Shown here: positions 1 through 12,188 of the stretch, piece by piece | Layout of the letters: the number at the start of each line of letters is the position of its first letter | Position numbering within the stretch: the first letter of the stretch is position 1 | Source of the DNA: Vicugna vicugna | Taxonomy: Eukaryota | NCBI GenBank assembly: GCA_013265495.1 | Contig: MU058722.1 | Coordinates: forward strand, 62,001-126,000 | Direction: 5' to 3' | DNA: 64,000 bases | Translations under genes and position numbers: made by a program | The notes under the pieces: model-generated | Told to the model about the DNA's origin: nothing | Seen by the model: the letters and a program-made list of their open reading frames with translations, nothing else | Databases searched by the model: none

Positions 1-530
1 GAAAGCAACATAGTCACAAGAGAACCTCCAGAGGGGTTTAAGCTGATATATCGGCAGTAATATTGCAGGACAGGGAGGAGTGCCAGGACTTAGACCATAA
101 CTTGAAAGGGAAAAAGCTGCAATTGGGTTGCCTAGGCCACATGACTGCAATTTCTAATAATGGCAGTGCTAGAGAATTCCACAGACCAGCAAATCTTAAA
201 AGAATTCAGCAGTACAAAACTTATCCTAAAAGAAAGATTGAGAATTCTACCCTGAATAGAAAAGCAGCAAGAAGAAATGGAAATAAGAAAACCAGTATTG
301 GAAATGCAAGAAGAGCATGAGTTGCAAAGAATACACAATAAGAAAGCAAGGAGGACATCAAAACCTTAAAGATGGGAGAGGGAAGCAGGAAATCATAGGT
401 GATTGTAAGCACTATCTTAAGTGAATCAGCTTATATGACTCTCTGTTTGAAGCGAATGGAGAGATGCATGACCTGATGTTTTTGCAAAACAAACGAGAAG
501 CAATCAATCAGACAAACAAGCAAGTACCAA
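1..530 (+). mobile_element. Decayed LINE-1 ORF1 C-terminus and inter-ORF region (array component)
   Basis: Similar to L1 copies at 34370-34990 and 38830-39400 (gctgat..ctc, cacagac.agcaaa, aaagaattcagca). Confidence 0.85.
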
Positions 531-1620
531 AAGTGTAGGTTTGGCTGACATATAACAAAGGAACCATGATTATTCAAAAGAAAATACTCAAGGTGATGTC
601 AAGGATCTTTCAGCACACAATGACCCAATATCGCGGCTTGCATGTACCAACACACCTGTACTCAGAAAAAACATGCTTGCATTAATATTCATAAATACTG
701 ATTCATAAGAGCATATCGTGTCCTAACCAAAATGCCGATTTTGAAGAAAATGGATTCATAGTCCGTGATATAGACTTGCATGTCTTCCAACATGATGAAT
801 GAATGCCATATTCTACCCTACGTAAGAAGAAAAGGCATAAGCCTATAACAAATACAAGTAGCTCTGCAAAACTGTACTAAGAGCAAAAGAGACAGATTTT
901 AAAGTGCACTTTAGGACTGGTTTCATTTCTAGGAATTTCTGCCCCCATGAAATAAATGGATCCATGTCAAGAGAGTGTGGGTGCTTCAGCAGAAATCAAC
1001 TGACGGTTATGTATTCTGGGTTTATGGAGATTACAGACACATAAGTTTCCTTATTGGGTGTCTGTGTACTGTGAACTGTTAGAAAGTTTAAAGACGTGTG
1101 AAACCATAAACTCTTAATGGACACACTTCCCTCCGTTTGTACTGTGCATACAGATCTGAACAAAAAGAAAGAGGGAAGAAAAAAGGCCGGTGGGACGCTA
1201 GTGGGTAGAATCACATTTACTTAGAAACCTCTCGTCTGATGCAGCCCCTCCTCCAACATTGACAAGATGCAGCAACCACTGGGGATGGCAGTTTCCGGTT
1301 GGATTACAGGTGGATTGTTGGTGTGTAGTGCGAGGCTTGTTGTGGCTGGTGGATCCTAGGTAACTGTGCAGAGTTCTGTGGGTGGATCAGTGTGAAGGAG
1401 GGGCTGCCACCCTCTGTGGAGCTTGGCTTATGTCTTTTTATCGGGAAACTGTGTATGTTCGAGATACTGCTGCTGCCCAAAAACCTGAGTTCACGGGTCA
1501 GTTTCCAGAACCTGAAAGGGCAGACAGTGGAAGATCTGCCTGTCTTCAGCTTACTGGTGAGGCTCCGAGGTACTTTCAGACTTGCCCAGTCCTGTTGAGG
1601 TGGACTTTATGGGATACACG
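530..1620 (-). pseudogene. Probable inverted L1-ORF1/EBLL module, unit 1; equivalents start ~5600, ~10890, ~16595, ~21885
   Basis: Minus frame (unit 3, 11324-11244) DPFVSWGLKFLEMKPIPMCTLLSVSF aligns without gaps to motif A LDYSSWCNGFRPELQAPICRQLDQMF, then YGIHSSCW (11168-11145) vs WTILTSCW. The reverse complement of the cross-unit consensus at ~1160-1184 equals 26671-26695. The minus strand of ~1280-1335 resembles L1 ORF1 (gtacaca..tggaatcc). Confidence 0.5.
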
Positions 1621-1830
1621 AAGAGAAAATGGCAGAAAAGTTGCCTGCATTGGTTGAGGATAGATGCAAATACATTGATGAGAGTTTTTTGGCTACAATG
1701 GAGAATACTGGCATGGAGACATCTGTAGAGTATATCAGGCTCGAAAGACATTCATGAGACATATTGAACCTCGCTGATCCTGGCAGAAACATATGGAGTG
1801 TCAACGTGGACTTGAGGAAGTTACACAATT

Positions 1831-3080
1831 CTCTGCTCCAAGGACAGGTCCACGATCCCTGATGTCTAACAGAGAAGAGATGGCAGAGATGATAAGACGC
1901 TCATATTCTTGGAAGAGGTCGTGAGAATCCCCACTTCCCAAGGGGCATTTCCAAACCATTCATAACAAAATGCACCAAGCCCAGGTAAGCCTTTTCCCAA
2001 GTTTGATCCTAGCTATAAAGAAGTTGCTATTCCCTCCTCAAAACTCAGGCATCCATTTTGAAGGATCAATACCTGAGCTGCAATGAAGTCAGTACGAGAA
2101 GAGCAAGCCCCTCCTAGAATCAGAGTTCCTCAAACTTAACACTCTGTGAACAATAGTAAACTCACTAAAGGTCAAGTAATCTCGACTATAATAGATAGGA
2201 ATTGAATACTTAGCTCACACAAAGAAATGATGACCTTCCACTAGATTCAGCAAATGCTGTGTTTATGTCTTCTTTGGGGTGAAGGGAGTGTGGTAAGTGA
2301 GGGGAATCTTTGACTGAACTTGAATATGTATTAGCCCTCAGTTTTTCCAGAGAGTATAGTTATATATTATAAGCCTGATTGTGAACTGAACAGTAAAATT
2401 CACCAATGACATTAAAGACACATCTTATGTGGACTGTCTTTCACTTCAGTCAAGGCCCGGGTGCACTATATCATGGGGGTGCAGATTTGGTTGGGTTAAA
2501 TTCCCTTACCCATCATGATCGGATGATTAAGCATTCTCATCACTGATAGAAAAACACCTGGTTCTCAATAGCATAGCATAGCTGCAGCAGGTTTCTCATA
2601 GTTATAATGCATCTAGGTGCATTTGGAATCAAGCCTAAATATATACATTTTGTTTGTTTTCTGTTGTATTTTCCTAGAGAGCGATGTTACACCTTGAAAT
2701 GCCAACATTGGACAGTATGTGACTTTGGGAGTAAAGGGCAACACATGCACAAGTGAAACCAAGGTTGGGGGTTATTTTGTGTTTCCAATAGGTATTTCAT
2801 GATTCCTGTTGGTTTTGGAGGCTTCAGCAGGAAAGAGTTGACATGACCCCTTTAACATTTTGGAGTGCTATTTACATACTATCTATCAATGTTTTCCTTA
2901 GAGCTGACAAAATGTTAACAAAATTGACGTCTGGCTTCTAGGTCTATTTAGTATGTTTCAAATCTAACTTCATTTTCATATAAATCAAAAAACATATAAA
3001 TCAATTCCATTAAAATTTTAAATACTGCAGTTGTGTTAGGAAAACAATGTCAAAATTGGTATCTTCAAACAAAACCTCCC
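1831..3080 (+). pseudogene. Endogenous bornavirus-like L (EBLL) fragment, RdRp core, copy A of unit 1 (frameshifted, stops)
   Basis: Colinear remnants of recalled BoDV-1 L motifs: LEEVV (vs KNEVM), PELQ 2072-2083 (NGFRPELQ, after motif A), IIDRN ~2188-2202 (IIQDRFN), GEG 2278-2286 (motif B MGEG), GALYH ~2460-2474 (ALGALYKH), PVGFGGF ~2805-2825 (PSIGGL). Confidence 0.75.
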
Positions 3081-3084
3081 ACCA

Positions 3085-4400
3085 CGGTTGTATAGAAAAA
3101 AGAGCTAAACAAAAATCGCATTTCAGTGAACTATATCTGGAAAGTGTTGATTAATCGATGCTCATTTGGCAGACATGCAGTGCTACCTGCGCTCACTCGC
3201 TCCCATGTACACAGCAATGTAAACATCCACTCACCCAGCCCTTGGCACAGGAAACTTGCCAAAGAGTAGTCTGTTACTTCCAAAGACAGGATGAGGCCTC
3301 AGAAAACCTGGAAGCAGGAGAAGGCAAAGCAGAGAATGGAAACCAGTGCAGGATCTGACCCCTGGTGATGGAGCAGCAAAGGTGAAACTCTGCTTTACAT
3401 GAACGCACACTCTCAAGTGGACAGAATAGTTGGGATTGAAGGTGATGTGCTGAGTGTTGGAAGAGTGCACAGCAGATGCTTGGCTGACAGAACTCAAAGA
3501 AACCAGCACAAAATATCCCCACAGTTGATTCTGAGACCAATATGTGAGCTGCCAAATTTGTGGTAGCAGAGGCAGTGGTAAAATAGGGATAGGGCTACAG
3601 ATGATGGCACAAGCTGATTCTCAGGGATCTGGAGTGTGTTGTGGGATGTGGTGGGTCCTATCAAGAGAGCAAACTGACATGTGACACAAAAGAGAAAGCA
3701 ACCACACTGGCGCACATGGTTGAGTTTATCGATATGTCCCATGGCTACACCAAGTGCATCTGCAGGACCAGGGACCAATTTGGCATTTTGCCTATAGAGC
3801 ACGTGTGGGGCTCAATCAGAGATATCGTGCATCTGGTCTGAGGGATCCAGGGGACCTTGGGTTGGAAATCAGCATATAAAGCTTTAGGATCTGCTACATT
3901 CATAACCTGGGCTGGGCTTATGATTTGGTTTGAGGAACAGGATGCAGAACAGCTCTGTTGTTCCCTTCATCAACCCATTCCACAAGGATGAGAGAGCAAG
4001 GAAAAGTGGTCAAAGTCCACAGTGTGAGAAAATTAAACATTTCTTTCACCATTATCTCCCAAAATCAGATGCAGCATTTTGGATGGCACTGACATTGTAC
4101 TGAACCAAGGACACCGAGGTCGTTCTGCGGGATCATTGCAGCAGGCCCTGATGTATGACATCCATAGATATGTTTCCACTGTTGTTTCTGTAGAGAGAGA
4201 AGCTCTGGGAAAAACTTGTTTCATTGGGACATTCCCATGGCACTACAAAGCACAAGCGCACTATCACTTTGCTGTTTTGGAAACACTCCAAAATGACATA
4301 GAGCAGAATGCAGAGCTGAGAACCATTAGAAGTTTCATTTCCACAAGAGGAAGTGTCCTGTGCACTTTCAGAATTGTGAGATAAGCATAATCAAAATGAG
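3085..4400 (+). pseudogene. Probable second, more degenerate EBLL RdRp-core copy (copy B), unit 1; equivalents ~8156-9450, ~13449-14740, ~19160-20450, ~24430-25730
   Basis: Remnants pooled across units, in order: KKELNK (KEKELK), LIN..SW, KDRMRP (QDRFNP), MG/EG/MR with frameshifts (unit 3 13791-13811), LKEI (LREI), *F*DQ (GQGDN with GGA>TGA), (H/Q)ADSQGSGVCCGMWWV vs HARLAGHNLKVEECWV. Local DNA similarity tgggattgaaggtgatgtgctgagtg to the copy A GEG region. Confidence 0.5.
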
Positions 4401-4434
4401 GTTATGCTAATCGAAGCAGTATGGGGTGTTCATC

Positions 4435-5600
4435 ACAACAAATGCAACACCATCAATTGGAGATATACCAGACAACACACACAGGAACAGGACTTGGCAT
4501 CAATTTCTAGGAAAACTTGTCCTCACAGAAATACCATGGAATTGTGTAGAGCAAATAGTCTAAAATTTTCACTTAAAAAAGCCCTATAAGTCTACCTTAG
4601 ATACCTGATATTACTTGACCAGAAGTGATGAAGAAGCACAGTAAAAGAAAGAGGAAGTACCATTTTCAGTTCCAAAGAGATTGAAGGCCCAATAGATAAG
4701 CTTTCAAACAACTAGTCTACAAACGCTACCATTGCTTGTATTGAAAACGGAGGTGAGGGAAACACTGAAAAACAACAGTGTCTCAGAATCACAAAAGGCT
4801 GAATACCAGGATAGGGGAATATAAACTTTAAATGTGAGCCAAATATCAGAAATCTTAATGGATGAGAAAACAACAGGGATAAACTTCAGTCCTAATCAGA
4901 CAAGATTATGTAGAGGGACGCGTGAATGACTGTAAAAAGAGGGGAAAAGAAATCCCTCGATAAGAGGCAGACATACAAAAGAAATTGCAAAACAATGAAA
5001 ACATTGCTGTTGAATCCAGGATAAGACAAGGCATGAAACAATAGGATTCATAAGAGTCCCAGAAGGAAAATCAAGATGTAAAAATAGAAAGTCTGAAGAG
5101 TGATCTGTAGAATAATCAGACTGAAACTTGCTGAAAGCCAAGAAAGAAACATCTATACGAATTCAGGTAGTACACTGCGTCCAAAGGAAATGGAATCCCA
5201 ATCGACTTGCCAGCAGCTGTATGATTTGAATCAACAGTGTTCATGAGAATCCCAGTGATTTTAAATGCACCTGGAGGAAAGCAACATAGTTACAAGAGAA
5301 CCTCCAGAGGGACTCCAGCTGATATCTCGACAGCAATATTGCAGGACAGGGAGGAGTGCCAGGACATAGGCCATAACCTGAATGGGAAAAAGCTGCCATC
5401 TAGGGTAGCCTGTGCCACATGACCGCCATTTCTAATAACGGCAGAGCTAGAGAATCCCACAGACCAGCAAATCTAAAGTGAATCAACTTATATGACTTTT
5501 TTGTTTGAAGCTAATGGAGAGATTCATGGCATGATGTGTTTATAAAACAAACAAGAAGCAACCAAACAAACAATCAAACAAACAAACAAGCACTAAAAAG
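4435..5600 (+). mobile_element. Decayed LINE-1 5'UTR end + ORF1 (array component) with ~220 bp deletion
   Basis: ORF1-like sequence colinear with other units and with the L1 at 38190-39073. Confidence 0.85.
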
Positions 5601-6894
5601 GTACAGTTGGCTGACATATAACAGAGGAACCATGATTATTGGAAAGAAAATACTCAAGCTGATTTCAAGAATCATACAGCACGCATCGACACAGTATCAT
5701 GGCTTGCATGTACTCAAAACACTTGTATTCAGAAAAGAGTTTTGTATATTAATATTCATAAATATTGATTCATAAGCACATATCATGACCTAACCCAAAT
5801 GCCCATTTTGAAGAAATGGATTCATAGACCATGATACAGTCTTGCAAGTCTTCCAAAAGGATGAATGAATGCCATATTCTATCCTACATAGAGAAGAAAT
5901 GGCATAAGCCGATAACAAAGACAAGAAGCTCTGTAAAACTGTACTAAGAGCAAAAGAGACAGACAGTAAAGTGCACATTGGGGTTGGTTTCATTTCAAGG
6001 AATTTCAGCCCTCATGAAATAAATGGATCCACGTACTGAGAGTGTGGGTGTTTCAGCAGAAATCAAATGATGGATATGTTTTCTGGGTGTATGGGTATTA
6101 CATAAACATAAGTTTCCGTTAGTGGGTCTCTGTGTACTGTGAACTGTTAGAAAGTTTAAAGACGTTTGAAACCATAAACTAAAAATGGACACTCTCCCTC
6201 AGTTAGTACTGTGCAAACAGATATGTACAAAATAAAAGAGGGAAGAGAAAAGGCCCATTGGATGCTAGTGGATACAATCACATTTACCTTGGGAACCTCT
6301 CATCTGATACAGCCCCTACCCCAAAACTGACAAGATACAGCAACCATTGGGGATGGCAGTTACCGGTTGGATTCCAGGTGGAATGTTGGCGTGCACCACA
6401 AGGCTTGTTGTGGCTGTGGATCCTAGGTAACCTGGCAGAGTTCTGTGGGTGAATCAGTGTGACGGAGGGGCTGCCAACCTCTGTGGAGCTTGGTTTAGTT
6501 CTTTTGTTCAGAAGCTGTGTAAGTTCGAGTTACTGCTGCTGCCCAAAGACCTGTTTTCACGGGTCAGTTTCCAGGACCTGAAAGGCAGACAGTGGAAGAT
6601 CTGCCTCTCATCAGCTTACTGGTGTGGCTCTGAGGTACTTTCAGACTTGCCCAGTCTTGTTGAAGTCGAATTCATGGGAGACACGAAGAGAAGCTTCAGA
6701 AAAGCTGGCTGCATGGATTGAGGAGAGATGCGAACAGATTGATGAGAGTTGTTCTGCTACAATGGAGAATACTGGCATGGAGACATCTGTTGACAATACC
6801 AGGCTCAAAAGACATTCATGACACATATTGAACCTCGCTGATACTGGCAGAAACATATGGAGTGCAAACGTGATCTTGAGGGAGTTACTCAATT

Positions 6895-8155
6895 GTCTGC
6901 TCCAAGAACGGGTCCAAGGTCTCTGACGTCTAAAATAGAAGAGATGGCAGATATGATAAAAACGCTCATGTTCTTGTAAGAGGAATTGAGGATCCACACG
7001 TCCCAAGGGGCATTTCCAAACCATTCAGACCAAAATGAACCAAGCCCAGGTAAGACTTTTCCCAGGTTTGGGCCAAGCTATCAAGCACTTGCTCTTCCCT
7101 CCCCTCCACTCAGGCATCCATTTTGAAGGATCAGTATCTGAGCTGCAATTAAGCCAGTACAAAAAGAGCAAGCCCCTTCTAGAATAAGTGTTCCTCTATC
7201 TTCACACACTGTCAACAACAGCGAACTCCTTAATGGTCAAAGTGTCTCAAGTAAAATAGATAATTATTGCATACTTAGCTCACACATTAGAAATGGAGAC
7301 CTTCCGCAAGATATAGCAAATGCTGGGTTTATGTCTTCTCTGGGGTGAAGGGAGTGTGATAAGTGAGGGGAACCTTTGAATGAACTTGAATATGTATTAG
7401 GCCTCAATTTTTCCAGAGAGTATAGGTAAATATTATAAGTCAGATAGAGAACTGAACTGTAAAAGTTTCCAATGACATTGAAGAGACAGCTTCTGTGGAC
7501 CGTCTTTCACTTCAGTCAAGCCCTGGGTGCACTATATCATGGGTTGCAGGCTTGGTTGGGTTAAATTGCTTTGCCTACATGATCGGTTGATTAAGAGTTC
7601 TCATCACTGATAGAAAAACATCTGGTTCTCAATAGCCTAGCATAACTTCAGCAGGGTTCTCATTGCTTTAATGCCTCTAGGTTCTTTTGGAATCAAGCCT
7701 AAATGTATATATTTTGTTTGTTTTTTCTTGTATTTTCCTAGAGAGGGATGTAACCACTTGAAATGCCAACATTGGCCAGTATTTGTCATTAGGAGTATAG
7801 GGCACCACATGCACAAGTGAAATCAAGTTTGGGGATTATTTCATGGTTCCAATAGTTATTTCATGTTTCCTGAAGGTTTAGGAGGCTTCAACAGTAAAGA
7901 GTTGACATGTCACCTTTAACATTTTGGACTGCTATTTTACATTTTATCTGTCCATTTTTTCCATAAAGCTGACAAACTGTTAACAAAATTGACAAGTTTG
8001 GCTTCTAGGTAGTTTTAGTATGTTTCAAATACTAACTTCATTTTAGTATAAATCCCAAAACACGTAAATCAATTCTATAAAATGTTCTAAAGACTGCAAA
8101 TGAGTTATCAACACAATGTTAAATCTGGAGTCGTGGGACAATCCCTCCCACCAAA
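6895..8155 (+). pseudogene. EBLL RdRp-core fragment, copy A of unit 2
   Basis: GEG 7344-7352. NIISQIEN*TV 7429-7461 aligns without gaps to motif C NILGQGDNQTI. ALGALY 7520-7537 is identical to the recalled BoDV-1 L sequence preceding motif D. Confidence 0.78.
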
Positions 8156-9499
8156 GCTGTATAGAAAAAAGAGCTAAACAAAAAGTCACATTTCTGTGAA
8201 ATATATCTGGAAAGTGTTGATTAATCAATTCCCAGTTAGCAGAGAATCAGTGCAATCTGGGCTCACTTGCTCCCATGTACACAGCAATGTAAACATGCAC
8301 TCAGCAAGCCCTTGGCACAGGACACTTGACGAAGAGTGGTTTGTTACATCCAAAGACAAGATGAGGTATCAGAAAACCTGGAAGCAGGATAAGGCAAAGT
8401 AGAGAATGGAAACCAGTGCAGGATCTGACCCCTGGTGATGGAGCAGCAAAGATGAAACTCTGTTTTAATTGGACGCACACTCTCAAGCAGACAGGAGACA
8501 TGGAATTGAATGTGAGGTGCTGAGTGTTAGAAGAGTGCACAGCAGATTCTTGGCTGACAGAACTCAAAGAAATCAGCACAAAATATCCCCACAATTGATT
8601 TTGAGACCAAGATCAGAGCTGCCAAATTTGAGGTAGCCGAGGCAGTGGTTAATGAGGGATAGGGCTACAGATGATGGCACTCGCTGAGTCTCAGGGATCT
8701 GGACTAAATTGTGGGATGTGGTGGGTCCTATCAAGACAGCAAACCGACATGTGACCCAATGAGAAAGCAACCATACTGGCGTGCGTGGTTGAGTTTATCG
8801 ATATGTCCCATGGCCACACCCAGTGCTTCTGCAGGACCAGGGAGCAATTTGGCATTTTGCCAATAGAGCACGTGTGGGGCTGAATCAGTGATATAGTGCA
8901 TGTGGTCTGAGGGATCCAGGGGGCCTTGGGTTTGAAATCAGAAATAAAGCTTTAGGATCTGCTACATTCATAACCTGTGTTGGGATTATAGTTTGGTTTG
9001 AGACAGAGGATGTGTAACAGCTCTGCTCTTGCCTTCGTGTACCCATGCCTCAAGATGAGAGAGCAAGGAAGAGTGGTCAAAGTCCACAGCATGAGAAGAT
9101 GAAGCTTTTCCTTCAGCATTATTTCCCTAAAGCAGATGCTACATTTTGGATGGCACTGATATTGTACTGCACCGAGGACTCCAAGTTCGGTCTACGGGAT
9201 CATTCAAGCAGGGCCTGATGTACGACATCCATAGATATGTTTCCACTGGTGTTTCTGTAGACAGAGAAGCTCTGGGAAGAGCTGGTTTCATTGGGACATT
9301 CCCATGGCCCTAGAAAGCACAAGCACACTCTGAGTTTGCTGTTTTGGAAACATTCCAAAATGACATGCAGTAGAATGCAGAGCTGAGAACCTTTAGAACA
9401 TTCATTTCCACAAGAGGAAGTGTCATGTGCACTTTCAGTTTTGTGAGATAAGCATAATAAAATTGCGGTTATAATAATTGAAATAGTATGGTGTGTTCA

Positions 9500-10890
9500 T
9501 CACAACAAAGGCAACACCAACAATTGGAGATAAACCAGACAACACAAACAGGAAGCGGACATGACATCAATGTCTAGGAATAAGTGTTCCCACAGAAATA
9601 CCATGGAATTGCATAGGGCAAAGAGTCTAAAATTTTCACTTAACAAAGCCGTATAAGTCTACATTAGACACCTGAAATTACTTGACCAGTAGACAAGAAG
9701 AAGTTGAGTAAAAGAAACAGGAAGTATCATTTTCAGTTCCAAAGAGACTGAAGGCCCAAAAGAAAAGTTTTCAAGCAACTAGACTGCAAAATGCTACAAT
9801 AGAATGTATTGAAAACGGAGGTGAGGGAAACACTGAAGAAAAACAGTGTATCAGAATTACAAAAGGCATAATACCAAACAAGGGGAAGAGGAACTCTAAA
9901 GATGAGCCAAATAATATCAGAAAACTCAATGGATGAGATAATAACAAGGCTAAAGTCATTCCTAAGCAGACTAGATAATGCAGAGGGACGTGTGAATGAG
10001 TGTGAAGACAGAGGAAATGAAATCCCTGGATCTGAAGCAGACATAGAAAAGCAAGTGCAAACCAATGATAATACACCTGGTGTATCCTGGTGTAAAACAA
10101 GGCATGAAAGACTTGGATTCATAAGAGTCCCAGATGGAAAAGCAAGAGATAAAAAAAAAAAAGTCTGAAACGTTATATGTGGAAAAATCAGACTGAAACT
10201 TGCTGAAAGCCAGGAAAGAATCATCTATATGAATTCAGAAAGTACACAGGTTACCAAGGAGGTTGAATCCCAATAGACCTAGAAGCAGCTGTATGATTCA
10301 AATCAACAAAGGTCATGAGCATCCCAGTGATTTAAAATGCAGCTGGAGGAAAGCAAAATAGTCATAATAGAACCTCCAGAGGGGTTCCAGCTGATATCTT
10401 GACAGCAATATTGCAGGACAGGGAGGAGTGCCAGGACATACGCCATATCATTAATGGACAAAACCTTCCATCTAGGGTAGCCTATGCCACATGACTGCCA
10501 TTTCTAATAACAGCAGAGCTAGAGATTTCCACAGACCTGCAAATCTTAAAAGAAATCAGCAGCTCAAAACTTATCCTAAAAGAAAGATTGAGAAATCCAC
10601 CCTGAATAGAAAAGCAGCAAGATGATATGGAGATAAGAAAACCATTATTGGAAATGCAAGAAGAACATGAGTTGCAAAGAATAAACAAGAAGAAGGCAAG
10701 GAGGACATCAAAACCGAAAAGATAGGAGAGGGAAGCTGGAAATCATAGATGATTTGAAGCACAATCTTAAGTGAATCAACTTATATATGACTCTCTGTTT
10801 GAAGTGAACGGAGAGATGCATGGCCTGATGTGTTTGTAAACCAACAAGAAGTGAACAAACAAACAATCAAACAGACAAACAAGCACCAAA
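9500..10890 (+). mobile_element. Decayed LINE-1 5'UTR end + ORF1 (array component)
   Basis: ORF 9902-10168 SRLDNAEGRVNECEDR...LGFIRVPDG matches the L1 ORF1p coiled coil/RRM start. Confidence 0.88.
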
Positions 10891-12188
10891 ATGCTACGGT
10901 TGCCTGATATATACCAAAGGAAACATGATTATTCAAAATAAAATTCTCCAGGTGATGTCAAGTATCATTCAGCACGTATCGACACCGTATCATGGCATGC
11001 ATGTAATCAACACACTTGTATTCAGAAAACAGATGCATGCATTAATATTCATAATTATTGATTCATAAGAGCATTTCTTGACCTAATCCAAATTCTGAAT
11101 TTGATGAAAATGAATTCATAGTCCGGGACACACTTGAAATTCTTCCAACAGGATGAATGAATGCCATATTCTTCCCTATGTAGAGAAGAAATGGCATAAG
11201 CCTATAACAAACACAAGTAGCTCTGCAAAAGTGTTCTAAGGGCAAAAGAGACAGACAGTAAAGTGCACATTGGGATTGGTTTCATTTCTAGGAATTTCAG
11301 CCCCCATGAAACAAATGGATCCACATCCTGAGAATGTGTGTGTTACAGCAGAAATCTACTGACGGATATGTATTCTGAGTGTATGGATATAACAGAAACA
11401 TAAGTTTCGTTTAGTGGGTCTCTGTGTACTGTGAACTGTCAGAATGTTTAAAACGTGTGAAACAATAAACTAAAAATGAACACACTTTTCTCCGTTTGTA
11501 CTGTGCATACAGATCTGAACAAAAGGAAAAAGGGAAGGAAAAAGGCCAATGGGATTCTAGTGGATACAATCACATTCACCTTGGACCTATCGTCTGATGC
11601 ATCCCCTCCCTCAACAATGACAAGATGCAGCAACCATTGGGGATGGCAGTTAACAGTTGGATTCCAGGTGGAATGTTGGTGTGTACCACGAGGCTTGTTG
11701 TGGCTGGTGGATCTTAGGTAACTGGGCAGAGTTCTGTGGGTGGATCAGTGTGACGGAGGGTCTGCCGCCCTTTGTGGAGCTAGGCTTAGGTCTTTTGTTC
11801 GGGAAGCTGTGTAAGTTTGAGATACTGCTGCTGCCCAAAAACCTGAGTTCACGGCTCAGTTTCCTGAACCTGAAATGGTAGACAGTGGAAATTCTGCCTG
11901 TCATAAACTTACTGGGGAGGCTCTGAGGTACTTTCAGACTTGCCCAGTCCTGTTGAATTTGACATCATGGGAGACACGAAGAGAAGCTGGCAGAAAAGCT
12001 GGCTGCACGGATTGAAGAGAGATGCAAGCACATTGATGAAAATTGTTCTGCTACAGTGGAGAATACTGGCATGGAGACATCTGTAGATAATACCAGGCTC
12101 AAAAGACATTCATGAGACATATTGAACCTCGCTGATACTGGCAGAAACATACAGAGTGCCAACGTGGACTTTAGGAAGTTACTCAATT

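Noticed and set aside
1200..1300. NHIY...NHWGW resembling parvovirus VP or bornavirus G
   Set aside because: The conserved intervening core is absent, so the match is likely chance.
530..1790. Plus-strand twilight similarity to the bornavirus L capping/connector region (LADIYQR, HKFP, LGLLFGK, HS*DIL)
   Set aside because: Key motifs (GxxT, HFQ, CxxC) are missing, and it conflicts with the inverted-module reading, which has DNA-level support. Treated as probable chance but worth including in the HMM test.
1981..1990. Consensus splice donor cag/gtaag repeated in array units
   Set aside because: No coherent exon chain or maintained ORF, and no transcript evidence is available.
2227..2317. C/D-box-like ATGATGA...CTGA suggesting a repeated snoRNA
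   Set aside because: Boxes are not conserved in units 2 and 3, there is no terminal stem, and the region is explained by EBLL.
3730..3790. Minus-strand LVPGPADALGVAMGH resembling filovirus NP (ALGVATAH)
   Set aside because: Isolated short match with inconsistent spacing to other NP motifs.
3780..3830. LPIEHVW resembling a Tc1 transposase C-terminal motif
   Set aside because: No DDE context or terminal inverted repeats.
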